DNA of 64,000 nt from Chiloscyllium plagiosum (taxonomy: Eukaryota), in assembly GCF_004010195.1 (NCBI RefSeq), contig NC_057755.1, forward strand, positions 288,399 through 352,398, read 5' to 3'. The translations under genes and the position numbers were made by a program. How positions within the stretch are numbered: position 1 is the first letter of the stretch; every line of letters begins with the position of its first letter. Under the pieces are notes generated by a model. It was not told the DNA's origin, did no database searches, and was given only the letters and a program-made list of their open reading frames with translations. Below are positions 24,781 to 38,340 of this stretch, one piece after another.

Positions 24781-26617
24781 CCCAGCCTATTCAGCCTCGC
24801 CCTGTAGCTCAAGTACTCCAACACTGGCAAAGTCCTTGTACTTACTTTCTGAAACCTTTCAAGTTTCAAGATATTCTTCGTTTTGAAGGGAGACCAGAAT
24901 TGGACATGGTATACCAAAAGCGGCCTAACCAATGTCCTGCACAGACATAACGTAGTCGCCCAATTCCAATACTCAAGGCTCTGACTAATAAAGGGACGTA
25001 TATCAAACGTCTTCTTCACCATCCAACTACCTGAGACTTATTGTCAAGGAACTATGAACCTGCACTCCAATGTCACTTTGTTCAGCAACGCTGCCCAGAA
25101 TCTTAACATTAACTGTATATGTCCTGCTGCGATTTGCCTTTCCAAAATGCAGCACTTCACGATCACCTTAATTAAACTCTATCTGCCGCTGCTTGGCCAA
25201 TTGGCCCATTAGATGGAGATCTCGTTGTACACTAAGGGAACCTTCTTCGCTACATTCTCCATCTCTAATTTTCTTGTCATCTACAAACTTGCTAACTTTG
25301 TCTCCCATGTTCATATTCAAATCATGAAAATGAATGAGGGGAAGCTGTACATCCAGCACCGATTCTTGTGGCACATCACTGGTCTCAGGCCTTCAGTCTG
25401 AAAAAAGCAACCCTCCACCACTACCCTCTGTCTTCTACCTTCGAGCCATTCCTGCCCAAAGGCTTGTACTCCCTGATTTCAATGTGGTGTAACCTTGCTC
25501 GCTACTCTTCGGCGAGGAATCTGGTTGAACACCTTCCTGAAGTTCATAAAGATCATGTCCACCGTTCTGCCCTCATCAATCCCCTTCATAACGTATTCAC
25601 AAAACACAATCAAGCTTGTGAGACACGATTTCCCACGCACAAGGCCAAGTTGATTATCCTTAATCAGTCCTTGCCAATCCTCAGGGACAGAACGCAAATT
25701 CTGTCCCTGAGGATTCCCTGCAACAGCTTCCCCATCACGACGTCAGACTCAGCAATCCATAGTTCTCTGACTTTTCCTTACCAACTTTCTCAAATCGTGG
25801 CACCACCAGAAACAACCACCAGTCTTCTGGCATCTCGGTTGTGACCAAGGATGATACAAATGTCTCAAGATGAGGCCCAGCAATCACTTGACTTACTTCC
25901 AAAAGAGATCTCGGTACGTCTGATCATATTCTGGGGATTTATCCAACTTCATACATTTTAAGACATGCAGCACTGCATCTTCTGTAATATGGACATTTTT
26001 AAGATGTCTCTATTTATTTCCCAATAATCTGCATCTTCCATATCTTTCTACACAGTAAATAATGATGCAAAAATACTCATTTTATACTTTCCCTTCCTGT
26101 GCAGTTCCATTCATAGGCTGCCTTGCTGATCTTTGAGGGGTCCCATTTTCTCCTGAGCTATGATATTGTCCTGAATGTATTTATGAAATCTCATTGGTTT
26201 CGACTTAACTCTATTTGCCAAAGCAATCTCATGTCTCCTTATTTCCTTCTTAAGTATACTCCATTATACTCCGAAGTATTCACTCTCTCTCTCTCTCTGC
26301 CTTATTTCCTAAGAGTTTGTCAAGGTTTGTGCCTTCTCCAGTAAGTACATCCAATTCTTGCTCACACTCAACAAGTGCCTCTCCATCTAGACCCTCAACA
26401 CGATGGAAGTCTATGTCTCTGTTTGGAAAGTAAAAATTCCCATATCATTACCACCTTATCATCATTTCAGATCAGTGCGACCGCCTTGCAATTTTTTTCC
26501 CTTAAAGGTCCCACTGTCTATTGGGGAGTCAGCACTATAAACCCAATTACGGGCTCAGCCCTTTCTTATTTCTCAGTTCAGCCCACGTAACTTTCCTGAA
26601 TGTATCCCGAGGAATAA

Positions 26618-27305
26618 AGTCGAGAGAGTGGTGCCCGTAAAGCACAATAGGTCAGGCAGCATCAGAGGAGCAGGAGAATGGAAGCTTGGGGCAAAATCCC
26701 TTCATCAAGAATGAGGCTGGGAGCCTCAGGGTTTGACAGAGATATATGGGAGGGGGTGGATCCCGGAGTAAGGTAGCTGAGAGTGCGATACGTGGATGAA
26801 AGTGGGGGTTAAAGTGACAGGTCAGCGAGGACGGTGGGGAGAATAGGTGCGAAGGAAGATGGACATGTAGGTCAGGTCATGTGGGCAGTGCTGAGCTGGA
26901 AGGATGGAACTGAGGTAAGATGGTGCTGGGGAAAATGTGTAAACTGGTGAAATTCACATTGATGCCCTGGGGTTGGATTGTCACAATGCAGAAGACGAAT
27001 CGTTCTTCCTCCAGGCGTCGGGTGGTAAAGGAGTTGGAATGGAGGAGTCCCAGGACCTGCATGTCCTCGGCAGAGTAGGAGGAGGACTTGAAGCATTTGA
27101 ACACGGGAGGTGGTGATGATGCAGATGTCCCAGAGATATTCTCTGAAGCGCTGTGGCGAATCGTCATCCAGTCTGACCAATGCAGTGGAGATCGCATCAG
27201 GAGCAATGGATACAGTTAATGCCATGTGTGGAAGGGCAGCTGAAACTTTGATGGATGTGGAAGGTTCCTTTGGGGTCTTGGACAGAGATGGGGAAGGAGG
27301 TGTGA
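26618..27305 (-). mobile_element. Penelope-like element 3' fragment (GIY-YIG region)
   Basis: PKGTFHIHQSFSCPSTHGINCIHCS, QRFREYLWD and SAEDMQVLGLLHSNSFTTRRLEEERFVFCIVTIQPQGINVNFTS, followed by the family terminus. Confidence 0.88.
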
Positions 27306-27499
27306 ACACAGATCTTGCAATTGAGGTTAGCGCAAAAGAGGAGCAACCTTTCTAAACACAATCTCCACCGCCCCCACCCTCCACATAGAATTACCGAGAA
27401 CCTTCTGGTCAGCATAAGACAAAAATGCTGAGTTGTAGCACTTGAAAAGATTTTATTATTATACAGATAATTTTAACAGAGTTGAGAAAGGTTTGTTTC

Positions 27500-30400
27500 A
27501 TCACTAAAGGCACAAACTGGGGATCTGTTAACTCACTGAATCCCTCATAGTTTGTTTTGAAAAGTGAACAATTCCTTTTCAAATTTGGCAAATGTTCTAA
27601 TTTTGCTTGAACATTCCATTAGCAAATAAGGCAAAATGCAAATAGGGAAATGCGACTTTTTTTATTGCAATCTCTGCATTATCTAACTCAAATAGTCTTG
27701 GAATGTTTTTGTTGATATTTTATGAATAAAGTACATAGTGCAAAACAAAAGAGTACTGTAATTACTGAATGTGACAGCTCCAATCCATTGTATAATAAAA
27801 TATAGTATGATAAAAATCCGGCCTCTCTGACTGTGTGTAGTTTTCTGGTTATGTCAGGGGCAATTGACATTTAAAATAGTAGTACGAATACTCAGCAGTT
27901 CCTAGACAGTACATGATTTCACAATACTTCTTTTAAAAAAAAAATAATCTTTATGTTGTAATGAGAATAATTTAACAAGGTTAGCAATATTATTCCACGA
28001 CATGAAAAATTGATTTATGCATTGTAAAAATGATGAAGCTACAAGCAATTCTTCATTAAACAACTGGAAAGTAGACGCAGCCCATACTGTTGCAGTGGTC
28101 AAAATGAATAACACAGGAACAGTCTATTTTACCACCAAGTAAATTCACTTTAACAGTCCTCCCTCTTTCTATAATCCCACAGAAATGCACAGAGGTTAAA
28201 AAAGAGTCTTCATCAACTGATTAAATTAGCTACCTGCTCTGATCCCACTTTCCAGCACCTGGTCCACCGCATTGAGAGTTTCTACACTTCACTTGCAGAT
28301 TCCTTTTAAATGAATTAAGGTTGTTCACCTCAAGCCATCATCAAAACTTGGCAGTAAATTCCAGTCGCACCATCATATTCTGAATGAAAAAGTAGGCCTC
28401 AGTGCCTCAATAATCCTCCCATCAGTTTTTTTCACGCTGAGCTTCCTGGTAAATCGTCCTACATTCGGGAAGACAAGTCTCCATCCAAGATCCTGCTTAT
28501 TTTCTACATCCCAATCATGTCAAATCTCATTCACCTATGTTTATTGAAAAAGACTCTACCCTATCCATCTTTCCTCAATGTTGCACTAATTTCCTCACAA
28601 TGCCAACATTCTTGAAAATCTCTTCTGTACTCTCCCCAGTGCAGTTCTGTCCTCAGTACTAGGTGATGATCAGTGCTGTGCACAACACCACAGCTGTAAG
28701 CTACCTAGTGTCTCATGTAATTCCAGCATGAAAGGCCTGTCAGGCGGTGAAGGAATGTGTTTTGCGTTTTCTGTGCTACAGAATGAGAGTTGTAACTTTG
28801 GGATGGGTAATATGGAATTTCATCACAGTGTGAATGTCTTATCAGGGTCTGGGACATATAATGGAATTGGATCATGGATATAGTTTGAGCACAATCTATT
28901 TGAAGTGTGGTGTTAGGTTATCAGTTTCCTCGGAGTTAGTCTAAATTTTCAATAGCTTCATTTCTCTTCTGCTACCAGTTAATTAATTACAGAACAAGCA
29001 GATCCGAGACAGAAATGAAGCTTGATTGATGATATATTTTTTGCTTTGATTTAACAAAGTGATCTCTTGCTGAATTTTAGCCACACAATGCTACAAATAT
29101 TGTTTCCACAACAAGAACGAAGAACAAAGAAAATTTACAGCCCATGAACAGACCCTTTGGCCCTCTCAGCCTGAGCAAATCCATAAGCACTGTCAAAACC
29201 TGCTGGTCAATTCCTAAGCATCTGTATCCCTCTGGTCTCCATCTAATCATGCATCTATCCAGACGCATCTTAAATGAATCTACCGTGCCTTTCCCAACCA
29301 CCTCTATTTGCAACTCGTTCCAAACGCCCACCACCCTCTGTGTGACGTACTTGTCGCGTGTATCTCCCGTAAACTTTCCAACTCTCACCTTGAAAGCGTG
29401 ACCTCTCGTTATTGGATCCTTCACGCTGGGAAAAAGTTTATCTCTATCCACCTTGTCTATATCCTTTATGATTTTGTAAACCTCAGTCAGGTCCCCCTCT
29501 GAATCTCCTTTCTTCTAATGAAAATAAACCTAACCTACCCAACCTCTCTTCATAGTCAGCAGCTTCCATACCGGGCAACATCCTCGTAAACCTTCTCTGC
29601 AGATTCTTCTCCGCCCACATCCAAGTCATTTATAAAAATAACAAACAGGAGGTTGACCCAAAACAGATCATTGTGGCACGCCAACAGTAACTGTTTTGGG
29701 TCAACCTCCTGTTTGTTATTTTTATATGGTATGGCTCACTGGTCTATCTCTACAAGGGTTACTTCTACTCCCTTTATTGAACAAGGGAACAACATTTGCT
29801 ATCCTCCAGTTTTCTGGAACTATTTCTGTAGACAATGACGACAAAACGATCAAAGCAAAAGGCTCTGCAATCTCCGCCCCGGCTTCCCCGAAAATACCAT
29901 CCGGCCCAGGTTTGGCTTAATCACATTACAGATCAGCACCAAATATTTGTCTATTTGGTACAAAAGGAGTCTTGAATACATTGCAGGAATTGAATCTATA
30001 GAGATTCACAAGCAGGAGGTGTTCATAATTCTGGGAACTGTGAAAAAATAAAGCCTTACCGAACTGAGTCTTTTTCTTCCGGTCAGAGGAGGGGGCGGGA
30101 GGGAGATACTGCACGTGCAATATCTCGGGTTTAGCCACTGCCCAAATATAAAGTAAGCCCTTGCCTTTCCGGCAGCCCTCGCTTCACCTTACCTTCTCTC
30201 CTCGCCGCTCTGTCAAAATGGAGGCCCGACTCCCGAGGTAAGTGCCATTTTAAATGGGAAAACTTACCATTCCCGGCAGCCCTCGCTTCAGTCCACCATG
30301 TCTCCTCGCCCCGGTGTCAAAATGGACAGACGTTTATTGCAAATTAAATGTTGATAAAATAGAATAAAGCAAACTAAGTACTTATAACGCAGTTTCAAAG

Positions 30401-31130
30401 GCAATGAACATTGAGTAAATGTTTAATTCTCATTAATCTCAAAAAATGCATCAATGAAACAAAAGGACCCGACTGTTATATATTATACGAAACAGGACTC
30501 AGAGTGGTGTTCCAAACAAAACAACCCTTAAACAATATTCAGAATAGAATCCCTGTATCTAGCATTTGATTGAATAACATGTGACTGCCACTTCTCAACT
30601 GGAACAACAGTAAATTTCTTCTTGGAGTACCACACACCTGATTGACAATAACACTACTTCCTGAGAACACACAGCATTCCAAGGCAATGTAATTTATTAA
30701 AACTCTCAATTCTTTCGGATGAGCATAGATCTATACATCCACTCAGTTCCAGGGTCTTCCAGGAACTAAATGAAATGACAAAATTGATTGAAATGAAAGT
30801 AATTCTTCCTCGGTTCAGGGTTTCGTCCTTAATCGCAAATTCCAGAATTCTTCAAGAAATACCATGCTGGGTTGCAAACATCAAAATTAAACAAAGGTTC
30901 ATCGTGCTAAAAGACAATCAGCCTGCAGCCAAATCTCAAATCTCAATTTTTAAAACAAATTGTTGCGATTACTGAAATAGCTTCATGTTAACCATTAACT
31001 TCAGATGCACAGAGAAGCCCGCTGCTTATTCACGAAAAAAAGAACCAAACTCAACCTAAATGATTACAAAACTTATATTTTTCCACTGATCCCTATACTT
31101 AATTCCACCAAAATTCTCGTCAGTCTTGAA
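27500..31130. repeat. Block Y of segmental unit B (paralog of about 42400-45450)
   Basis: CTCACTGAATC.CTCATAGTTTGTTTTGAAAAGTGAA at about 27532 and 42421. Similarity is colinear up to AATTCCA..AAATTCTC.TCAG at about 31101 and 45422. Confidence 0.9.
29110..30328 (-). mobile_element. Internally deleted CR1-clade LINE, probably retaining a 5' UTR with a tandem repeat of about 110 bp
   Basis: 3' ORF DRDKLFPSVKDPITRGHAFKVRVGKF...VTQRVVGVWNEL and a (TTCTTTG)-like tail. The duplicated CCGGCAGCCCTCGCTTCA...GTCAAAATGGA unit is at about 30168 and 30273. The site is empty in the paralog at about 43870. Confidence 0.8.
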
Positions 31131-31139
31131 ATTAGCAAA

Positions 31140-33600
31140 TCGGGCAACAAATTAAAAAGCTGATCCATGGGTGTTCCCGAGTGCTCATTAGGCCAAAGAA
31201 CGCGTTTCTGGAAACATTGCTTCCAGGAGGAAGGGCTTTGGACATCTCACTTATTGGAAATACTTATCAGGCTGGGGCGATCTGAATACAGTGCATTTGT
31301 TTTTTTTTTTACTTGAATGGGGACTGCTACCGAGCTGGGTAGACATGCTCCTGTTCTTGGGGAATACTTAATCAGACCTGCCAGAGGGTTGGGAATATGG
31401 GTTTAAACTCAGTTAGGAGGGAATTGAAGATGGCCACGGGACGTAGACAATCTATAAGTGAAAGAGAACAGCATCAGAATCGCCTTTCTGGATTTCTTAA
31501 GATATCGAACTTCTGAATCCTAGTCTTCAGAACCAATCATTTTCCTTCCGTGCCTCATAGACTTAGGGGCACGGGTATTTCCAGCCAGCACGTTTTTTTT
31601 TTTGGATTTTCGGGAGACCCGCAATAACATATGTGTAAAATGATACAGTTACTGTTGAAACATAACATTATTTTTATTTTGTCTTTTTGATGAGGTGTCG
31701 AGTTATTTGTTCAGAAATAAAATGACACTGGCATAGATGTCTGTTTCCTCACTCTCCATGGGAGTCGTACCAGAGGATTGGAAGAATGCGAATGCTGTTC
31801 CCTTTACAAGCAATGTAATAGGGAAATCACAGCCAATTTTAGACCAGTCAGTCTGACATCTGTGGTCAGCAAGGTTTTTAAAAGGATTCTGAGGGATAGG
31901 ATTTATGACAATTTGGAAAAACATTGTGTGATTAAAGGCAGTCCAGCATGGATTTGAGAGTTGTAGGTCTTGCCTCACTAATCTCATTGATTTCTTTGAG
32001 AAGGTGACAAGACAGGTCGACGAAAGTCGCGCAGTGGATGTGGTGTATTTGGACTTCAGCAAGGCATTTGATAAGGTTCCCTGTGGTAGGCTCATTCATA
32101 AGGTCACGAGGTGTGGGATACAAGGAGATTTGGTTATCTGGATTCAGAATTTGTTGGCTGTTAGAAGGCTGTTAGTGGCTGTAGATGGAAATTATTCTGC
32201 TTGGAGGTGACTGTTCAGTGGTGTCCCGCAGGACTCTGTTCTTGGGCCTCTGCACTTTTTAGTTTTTATAAATGACTTCGATGAGAAGGTTGAAGGGTGA
32301 GTTAGTAAATTTGCAGATGACACAAAAGTTTCTGGTGCCGTTGATAGTATTGAGCACTATTGCAGCCTGCAGCGCGACATACACAGGATGCAGAGCTAGG
32401 CTGACAAATGGCAGGTGGAGTTCATCCCAGATAAGTTCATTTTGGAAGGTCTAACTTGAATGCTGAATATAGGATTAAAGACAGTATTCTTGGCATTGTG
32501 GAGGAACAGAGGGAGCCTGATCTTCAACTGCACAGATCACCCAAAGTTGCCATCCGAGAGGATAGGTTTGTTAAGAAAGCATAAGGTGTTTTTGGTTTTC
32601 ATTAACAGGGTGATCGCAATTAAGAGCCACGAGGTTTTGTCACATCTCTGCAAGTCCCTGGTGAGACTACGCTTGGACTATTGTGTCCAGTTCTGGTCTC
32701 CCTAAAATAGGAAAGACACAGAGGCTTTGGAGAGGCTGCAAAGAGGGTTTACCAGTAGGCTACCCAGCACGAGGGCTTATCTTATGAAGAGGGGTTATCT
32801 AATCTCGGCCGTTTCTCCTTGAATCGAAGGGGGAAAGCGATGGCCTGACCGAGGTATACGAGGTAATGAGAGTTATGGTTAGTGTCAATAGCCAGAGACC
32901 TTCCCCCCAGAGCAGGATTGATTGAGACGTGTGGGTCATGCTTTTAAGATATTAGGAGGAACGTATAGAGGAGGCATCAGAGATAGGTTCTTCACACACA
33001 GACTTGTGAATACATGGAATGCGTTGCCAGCAGAGGTGGTGGCAACAGAGTCAGTAGGGACAATTAAGCAACATCTGGACATGCACCTGGACAGCAGTGA
33101 ATTGAGAAGTAAGTAGGCTAGGTCATTTTATTTAAGACTGGAATAATTATTGGCATAACATCATGGGCCGAAGTGCCTCTTCTTTGCTTTACTTTTCTAT
33201 GTTCTGTGTCCTAAGTTCCATCGCATCAATATCGTGAATTGTTCACAATCGTCGAAAAACTAAAGCCACAATGCACAATGAAAGGACTACTTTATTACAT
33301 ATGGCAGCATTGAATTGACACAAGAGCACAGATGTGAGCATGCAGCACTTTTTTTTCAAAAATTGAGGACACCATGTGAACAGCATTATGCAACAATATC
33401 ACTGCATTTGTGAAAAATGACCTTAAAGTGCTCAAATGTTTGTTAAGGTGGAGAATGAAGAAATGAATTTGGAACTCAGAGCCCTGAATCTAAATAAAGA
33501 GAACAAAAATGAATGGATGCAAAAATGGTCAAAATGGATTGAGTTCCCAGTGGATAGGCTATGGCTGGAGAGTTATAAACATCTCAATGAAACTCAACCA
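31140..33600. repeat. Block X, start of segmental unit C (interrupted by CR1)
   Basis: Direct similarity to 14585-15460 and to 21-150. Confidence 0.8.
31725..33213 (+). mobile_element. 5'-truncated CR1-clade LINE (RT to 3' end), degraded
   Basis: VDESRAVDVVYLDFSKAFDKVP, SKFADDTK, LVRLRLDYCVQFWSP and FFTHRLVNTWNALP, with a TTCTATGTTCTGTG tail. Confidence 0.92.
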
Positions 33601-33619
33601 TAATTCAGTCCCCTCTAAG

Positions 33620-34190
33620 ACAATAATCAAACAGGAAAGGTAACAATGAAAAGTGCTGCCGGATTCCAGGACTGTTCGGGAAGCTTTCTGATTCCCACCC
33701 ATTTACTGAGAATGCACGAACGCTGTTGCTGCCCATCAGGCTAATCCAATTGCACCTCTCGTCCCAAACCCATCGCACATGTGTTGGTGTGCGATTTCCT
33801 ATCAAAGACCTTCTCTGGTCTAGGCTGATAATGCAGGTTTCCAATCCAACCTTACGACCCACAGACGATTATATCATTCAGGAACACGTGACCCTCAGAG
33901 ATCACCCTGTCCAGCACAGCACAGGTTTGGTTGGAGTGAACCACTAATCCCACAGCAGACCTGACCGAGTTGGTGATGAACTCAGGCAGGATTCTGTAAA
34001 CTGCATTAAGCAGTGAAACCAATCCCAACTCCTCCATCTATCCTTTATAATTGAAGATGAGAAGAATGATAATTTTCCTGTTGGATTCACACAGCCTACC
34101 TGTTCGAAAGCATACTGTTTTTGCGCTGCCTTTGTGCTTCGTGTCCTATAGACCAGCACAAAAGGATTTGCTGATCCTCAAGACGTTCTT
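33620..34190 (-). mobile_element. Tx1-clade RT remnant (paralog of 15775-16550)
   Basis: LVSLLNAVYRILPEFITNSVRSAVGLVVHSNQTCAV and IISLDQRRSL...SVNGWESESFPNSPGIRQHFSLLPFLF. Confidence 0.85.
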
Positions 34191-35069
34191 CCGCTGGTCA
34201 CTCTATCAGTAAAAAACCTTTTAATTGAGACTAATTCGGCAATTAGCCTAATGCCTGGCTTCACAAACAAACAACTATTGCTTGGTTTGTTCCTTTTACC
34301 ACATGCTGTCTCAAAAGTCACAAGTTATTCTGAGCAAACAATTCCCAGTTCGCATCTTGAAACACATTTTATTAAAAAGAATACAAATGAGAAAAAGTCA
34401 GTGAAGGTTTCTATTATCTCTGCGCCCCTTCATTTCTTAATTATTGATCACTTTCTCCTTTGGGAATTCGCTACGATTTATGAATAGGAAGGGATTAGAC
34501 AATATGGGCTACATGAGACAATTTAGGATATGTGATCAGCATGGATGAGTTTGATTTGATTCGATTTGATTGATTTATTGTCACATGTACAGATGTGCAG
34601 TGAAAAGCTTTATTTTTGAGTAGCATGGGCAGATCATACTAAGCAAGGATATACAGAGCAAGATGGTTAAACAGAAGCATACGGGTTACATTGCACAGGG
34701 TTTACAATAGAGAACAATGTTGGAAAGGTCAACTTTTCTTGAGTCAAGAGAGGACATTCAATAGTCTAATAACGGCTTGGCAGAAGCTGCTGTTATGTGT
34801 CCTCGGGCTTCAGTACATTCTGCCTGAAGGAAGAAGTTGTAGGGGTTCATTACAGGGTGGGAGAGGTATAACGGAGTTCATAATAGGAATTAGCTCACGC
34901 AATGGCCTGGGTTATCAGCATGTCAGACTGCGATGAGATAGTATATTGATGCAGATAATGAATTGGTTGAATGAACAAATTTGCAAACAAACGTGAACAG
35001 TTCCTACACACAACAATATTTAGATAAAAACTCGAACATCTCCAATACAAACAATATTTAGGTTCCAAT

Positions 35070-35877
35070 GCACGATCTTGATCAGATGGGCCAATGGGGT
35101 GAGAAGTGGCAAATAGAGTTTAATTCACGTAAATGCTGCATTTTGCTACTGTCCTTGGGAGTGTTGCTGAACATAGGGAACTTTGAGTGAAGGTTCATAG
35201 CTCCTTGAAAGTGGAGTCGTAGGTAAATTTGTTAATGAAGAAGGCGTTTAGCATGCATTTCTTTATCAGTTAGAGTATTGAGTACAGGAGTTGTCAAGTC
35301 ATGTTGCAGCTGTACAGGACATTTGTTTGATCACTGTTGGAATAGTGCGTGCATTTCTGGCCTCCTTCCTATCGGAAAGATTTTGTGAAACTTGAAAGGG
35401 TTCAGAAAAGATTTACGTGCATGTTGCCAGGTTGGAGGATTTGAACTTAAGGGAGAAGCTGAACCGACTGGGGCTGTTTTCCCTGCAGCGTCGGAGGCTG
35501 AGGGCTGATCTTATAGAGGTTTACAAAATTATGAGAGGCATGGATAAGATAAATACACAAAGTGTTTTCCCTGGCGTGGGGGAGTCCAGAACGAGAGGGC
35601 ATAGGTTTAGGGCGAAGGGAAAAGATATAAAAGAGACCTCAGGGGCAACTTGTTCACGCAGAGAGTGGTACGTGTATGGAATAAGCTGCCAGAGGAAGTG
35701 ATGGAGGCGAGTACAATTGCAACATTTAAGAGGTATTTGGATGGGTATATGAATAGGAATGGTTTAGAAAGATATGGGTCAACTGCTGGCAGGTGGGACT
35801 AGATTGGGTTGGGATATCTGGTCGGTTGGACCGAAGGGTCTGTTTCTATGCTGTACATCTCTACAACTCTATGACTG
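35070..35877 (+). mobile_element. CR1-clade LINE 3' fragment
   Basis: LNLREKLNRLGLFSLQRRRLRADLIEVYKIMRGMDK, with a CTCTATGACT-type tail. Confidence 0.9.
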
Positions 35878-36069
35878 TAATAGTATTACGTGTAAACATG
35901 ATCAGCTCTAATATAAGCCAATATTTGTACAGGCACAAACGGTTCCAACAAAATAAAAAATACATAATGTATATTATACACATAAAACTTGAAAGAAATT
36001 GGAAATGAAGGATTTGTAGCCAAATTTGCAGATGACACAAAGACAGATGAGAAGGCAAGTTAGCACATT

Positions 36070-36408
36070 GCATGTGCTTTCTTAGGTACGGGGATGGTGG
36101 TAGTCTTGTTGTAGAAGATGGGGACTTCAGCTTGTTGGAGGGACAATTTGAATATGTCAGTGAACACCTGCGCCTGTTGGTCCACATGGTCTAACAGCAC
36201 CGACAGGGACTCCAGCCAGGCGCGTCACTTTCCTTGGATTGCCCTTACATGTGCAATGGTGAACGAGGGAACAGCTGTGTCTGGGACTGTTGGGGCAGGT
36301 GTCTCTGCACCTCGGATATTTTCCTCAAACCAAGCAGAGAAAGCATTGAGCGCCTCAGGGAGCGATGTTTGCGAGCTTGATCTGCTTCCATTTGTATCCT
36401 GTAATGAT
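36070..36408 (-). mobile_element. Rex1/Babar-clade LINE fragment
   Basis: Minus-strand LNAFSAWFEEN and VDQQAQVFTDIFKLSLQQAEVPIFYNKTTTIPVPKK resemble the Rex1 motif ADQLA.VFTDIFNLSL.QA.VP.CFK.TTIIPVPKK. Confidence 0.8.
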
Positions 36409-36908
36409 NNNNNNNNNNNNNNNNNNNNNNNNNNNNNNNNNNNNNNNNNNNNNNNNNNNNNNNNNNNNNNNNNNNNNNNNNNNNNNNNNNNNNNNNNNNN
36501 NNNNNNNNNNNNNNNNNNNNNNNNNNNNNNNNNNNNNNNNNNNNNNNNNNNNNNNNNNNNNNNNNNNNNNNNNNNNNNNNNNNNNNNNNNNNNNNNNNNN
36601 NNNNNNNNNNNNNNNNNNNNNNNNNNNNNNNNNNNNNNNNNNNNNNNNNNNNNNNNNNNNNNNNNNNNNNNNNNNNNNNNNNNNNNNNNNNNNNNNNNNN
36701 NNNNNNNNNNNNNNNNNNNNNNNNNNNNNNNNNNNNNNNNNNNNNNNNNNNNNNNNNNNNNNNNNNNNNNNNNNNNNNNNNNNNNNNNNNNNNNNNNNNN
36801 NNNNNNNNNNNNNNNNNNNNNNNNNNNNNNNNNNNNNNNNNNNNNNNNNNNNNNNNNNNNNNNNNNNNNNNNNNNNNNNNNNNNNNNNNNNNNNNNNNNN
36901 NNNNNNNN
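36409..36908. other. Assembly gap (500 N)
   Basis: Run of exactly 500 N. Confidence 1.
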
Positions 36909-37194
36909 CTTCGAAGATCAGGTTGACACAATTTAAAGAGGGACTTTTAGTTGATCAAAATATTGTCACAGAGTTGAAGGTAATTCACAGGCTTTTAACA
37001 GAAAGGAGGCTGAGACTTGTATATAGTTGTGTAGAATTCACTTTTAGACGTAAATAATAAAATTGATATTTGTCTTTAATTAGTGGAATTTGGGACATTC
37101 TCTGTCACTCATACATTAACTGCTTATGAGGCGAGGTGACCTTTTTCTCTGTGTTTGGCTTAATTAGCAGAAGGGTTCACCACTGTATCATAAA
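36909..37194 (+). mobile_element. 3' part of a solo LTR, paralog of 54567-55309
   Basis: Same end sequence (TTAGCAGAAGGGTTCACCACT...) and same downstream flank CTCTCCATTCCA as at 55310. Confidence 0.75.
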
Positions 37195-37759
37195 ACTCTC
37201 CATTCCATCGTCTCTATTCCCTTGTATTTAGCTCTCTTCAAGTTACTCTCTGGTTAATACTCTCTGTGCTACTTGATATTAAATCGTTTCCGTTTCCCCA
37301 TAGTTAACACTTTCCTCACTCAATTACAAACCATCTTGTTCCAATAAAACTCCATTTAAATATTACGCTGTGAGTTTGCATTCAATCCCATCCCGTTATG
37401 CCCTCTCGCTATTACTCTCTTTAAATTTTCCATTATTATTGCCTATTTAATCCGATGACTATAATTCTGCATTTAATTCTCTCCCTGTCACAATCTTTAG
37501 TCCCTTCTATAACTCTCTCTATCTTCCCGTGATGATTTTCAATTTTTGTTTTCCCTTCCAGAATGTGTGTTCCCCACACAATAACCAGAGATCAAGAGTC
37601 CCTGCTAAATCATTTATCACAACTGCTAACACGTGATCGCCGCTGCTGCGTGTTACCGCCTCTCTGGCTGGCGCTGGAATTGCAAATGTTCCTAAAGAGG
37701 AGCTCAGCAGCAGAACCATACGTCAGACAACATGTTGCTGATCGGGATGAGGCAGGCAT

Positions 37760-38340
37760 AACTTCAACATATACTATTATTTACATAATAAAAGCAACTG
37801 CTCCGATATACAACAAAATTTGTGTGTAAAGTGGAACAGTCACAATACAAAGTAATATTCATGGAAATAAACTGGAACAGTTCCAATTCACAACTTCTAT
37901 ACACAAAATGAAACAGCTCCAGTACATTTCAATATTTACATCTCGATATGAACCGGTCCAATATGCAATATTTAAATATGAACACGAACAGTTCGAATGC
38001 ACAACTGTTATACACAATATGAACCATTTCATTACAGCTTCAAGACTGATGTATAAACGTAAATACTTCAGAAACACAAAATGATTTAAATATAAACATG
38101 TGCAGCTGCAACACACAGCAATGATTATATACAATAGAAAACAGTTCAGAGATAAAACAATACTTATATACAAGCATGAACAGCTCAGAAACCAAACAGG
38201 AATTGAATACGAAGATGAACACTTTTCAGACACAATTACATTTATCTTTACAAATGAGTAAATATCTTAAATATATTTACATATAAATTGGAACAGCTCA
38301 AATCATACAAAAAGTATTCGATCAGCACAGAAAAAGTTAC
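37760..38340. repeat. Degenerate AT-rich tandem repeat with a period of about 36-41 bp
   Basis: Repeated ATATTTACATATAAAC.(G/T)GAACAG(C/T)TCCAATACAC variants. A paralog is at about 55890-56600. Confidence 0.8.

Larger units (their letters stand above)
24190..26120 (-). mobile_element. Degraded CR1-clade LINE (RT and 3' end)
   Basis: Minus-strand frames: GLVRGKSCLTSLIVFCEYVMKGIDEGRTVDMIFMNFRKVFNQIP, SKFVDDKKI, LVRPLLVYHVQFWSP and FFMQRLVCMWNELSEE. Confidence 0.9.
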
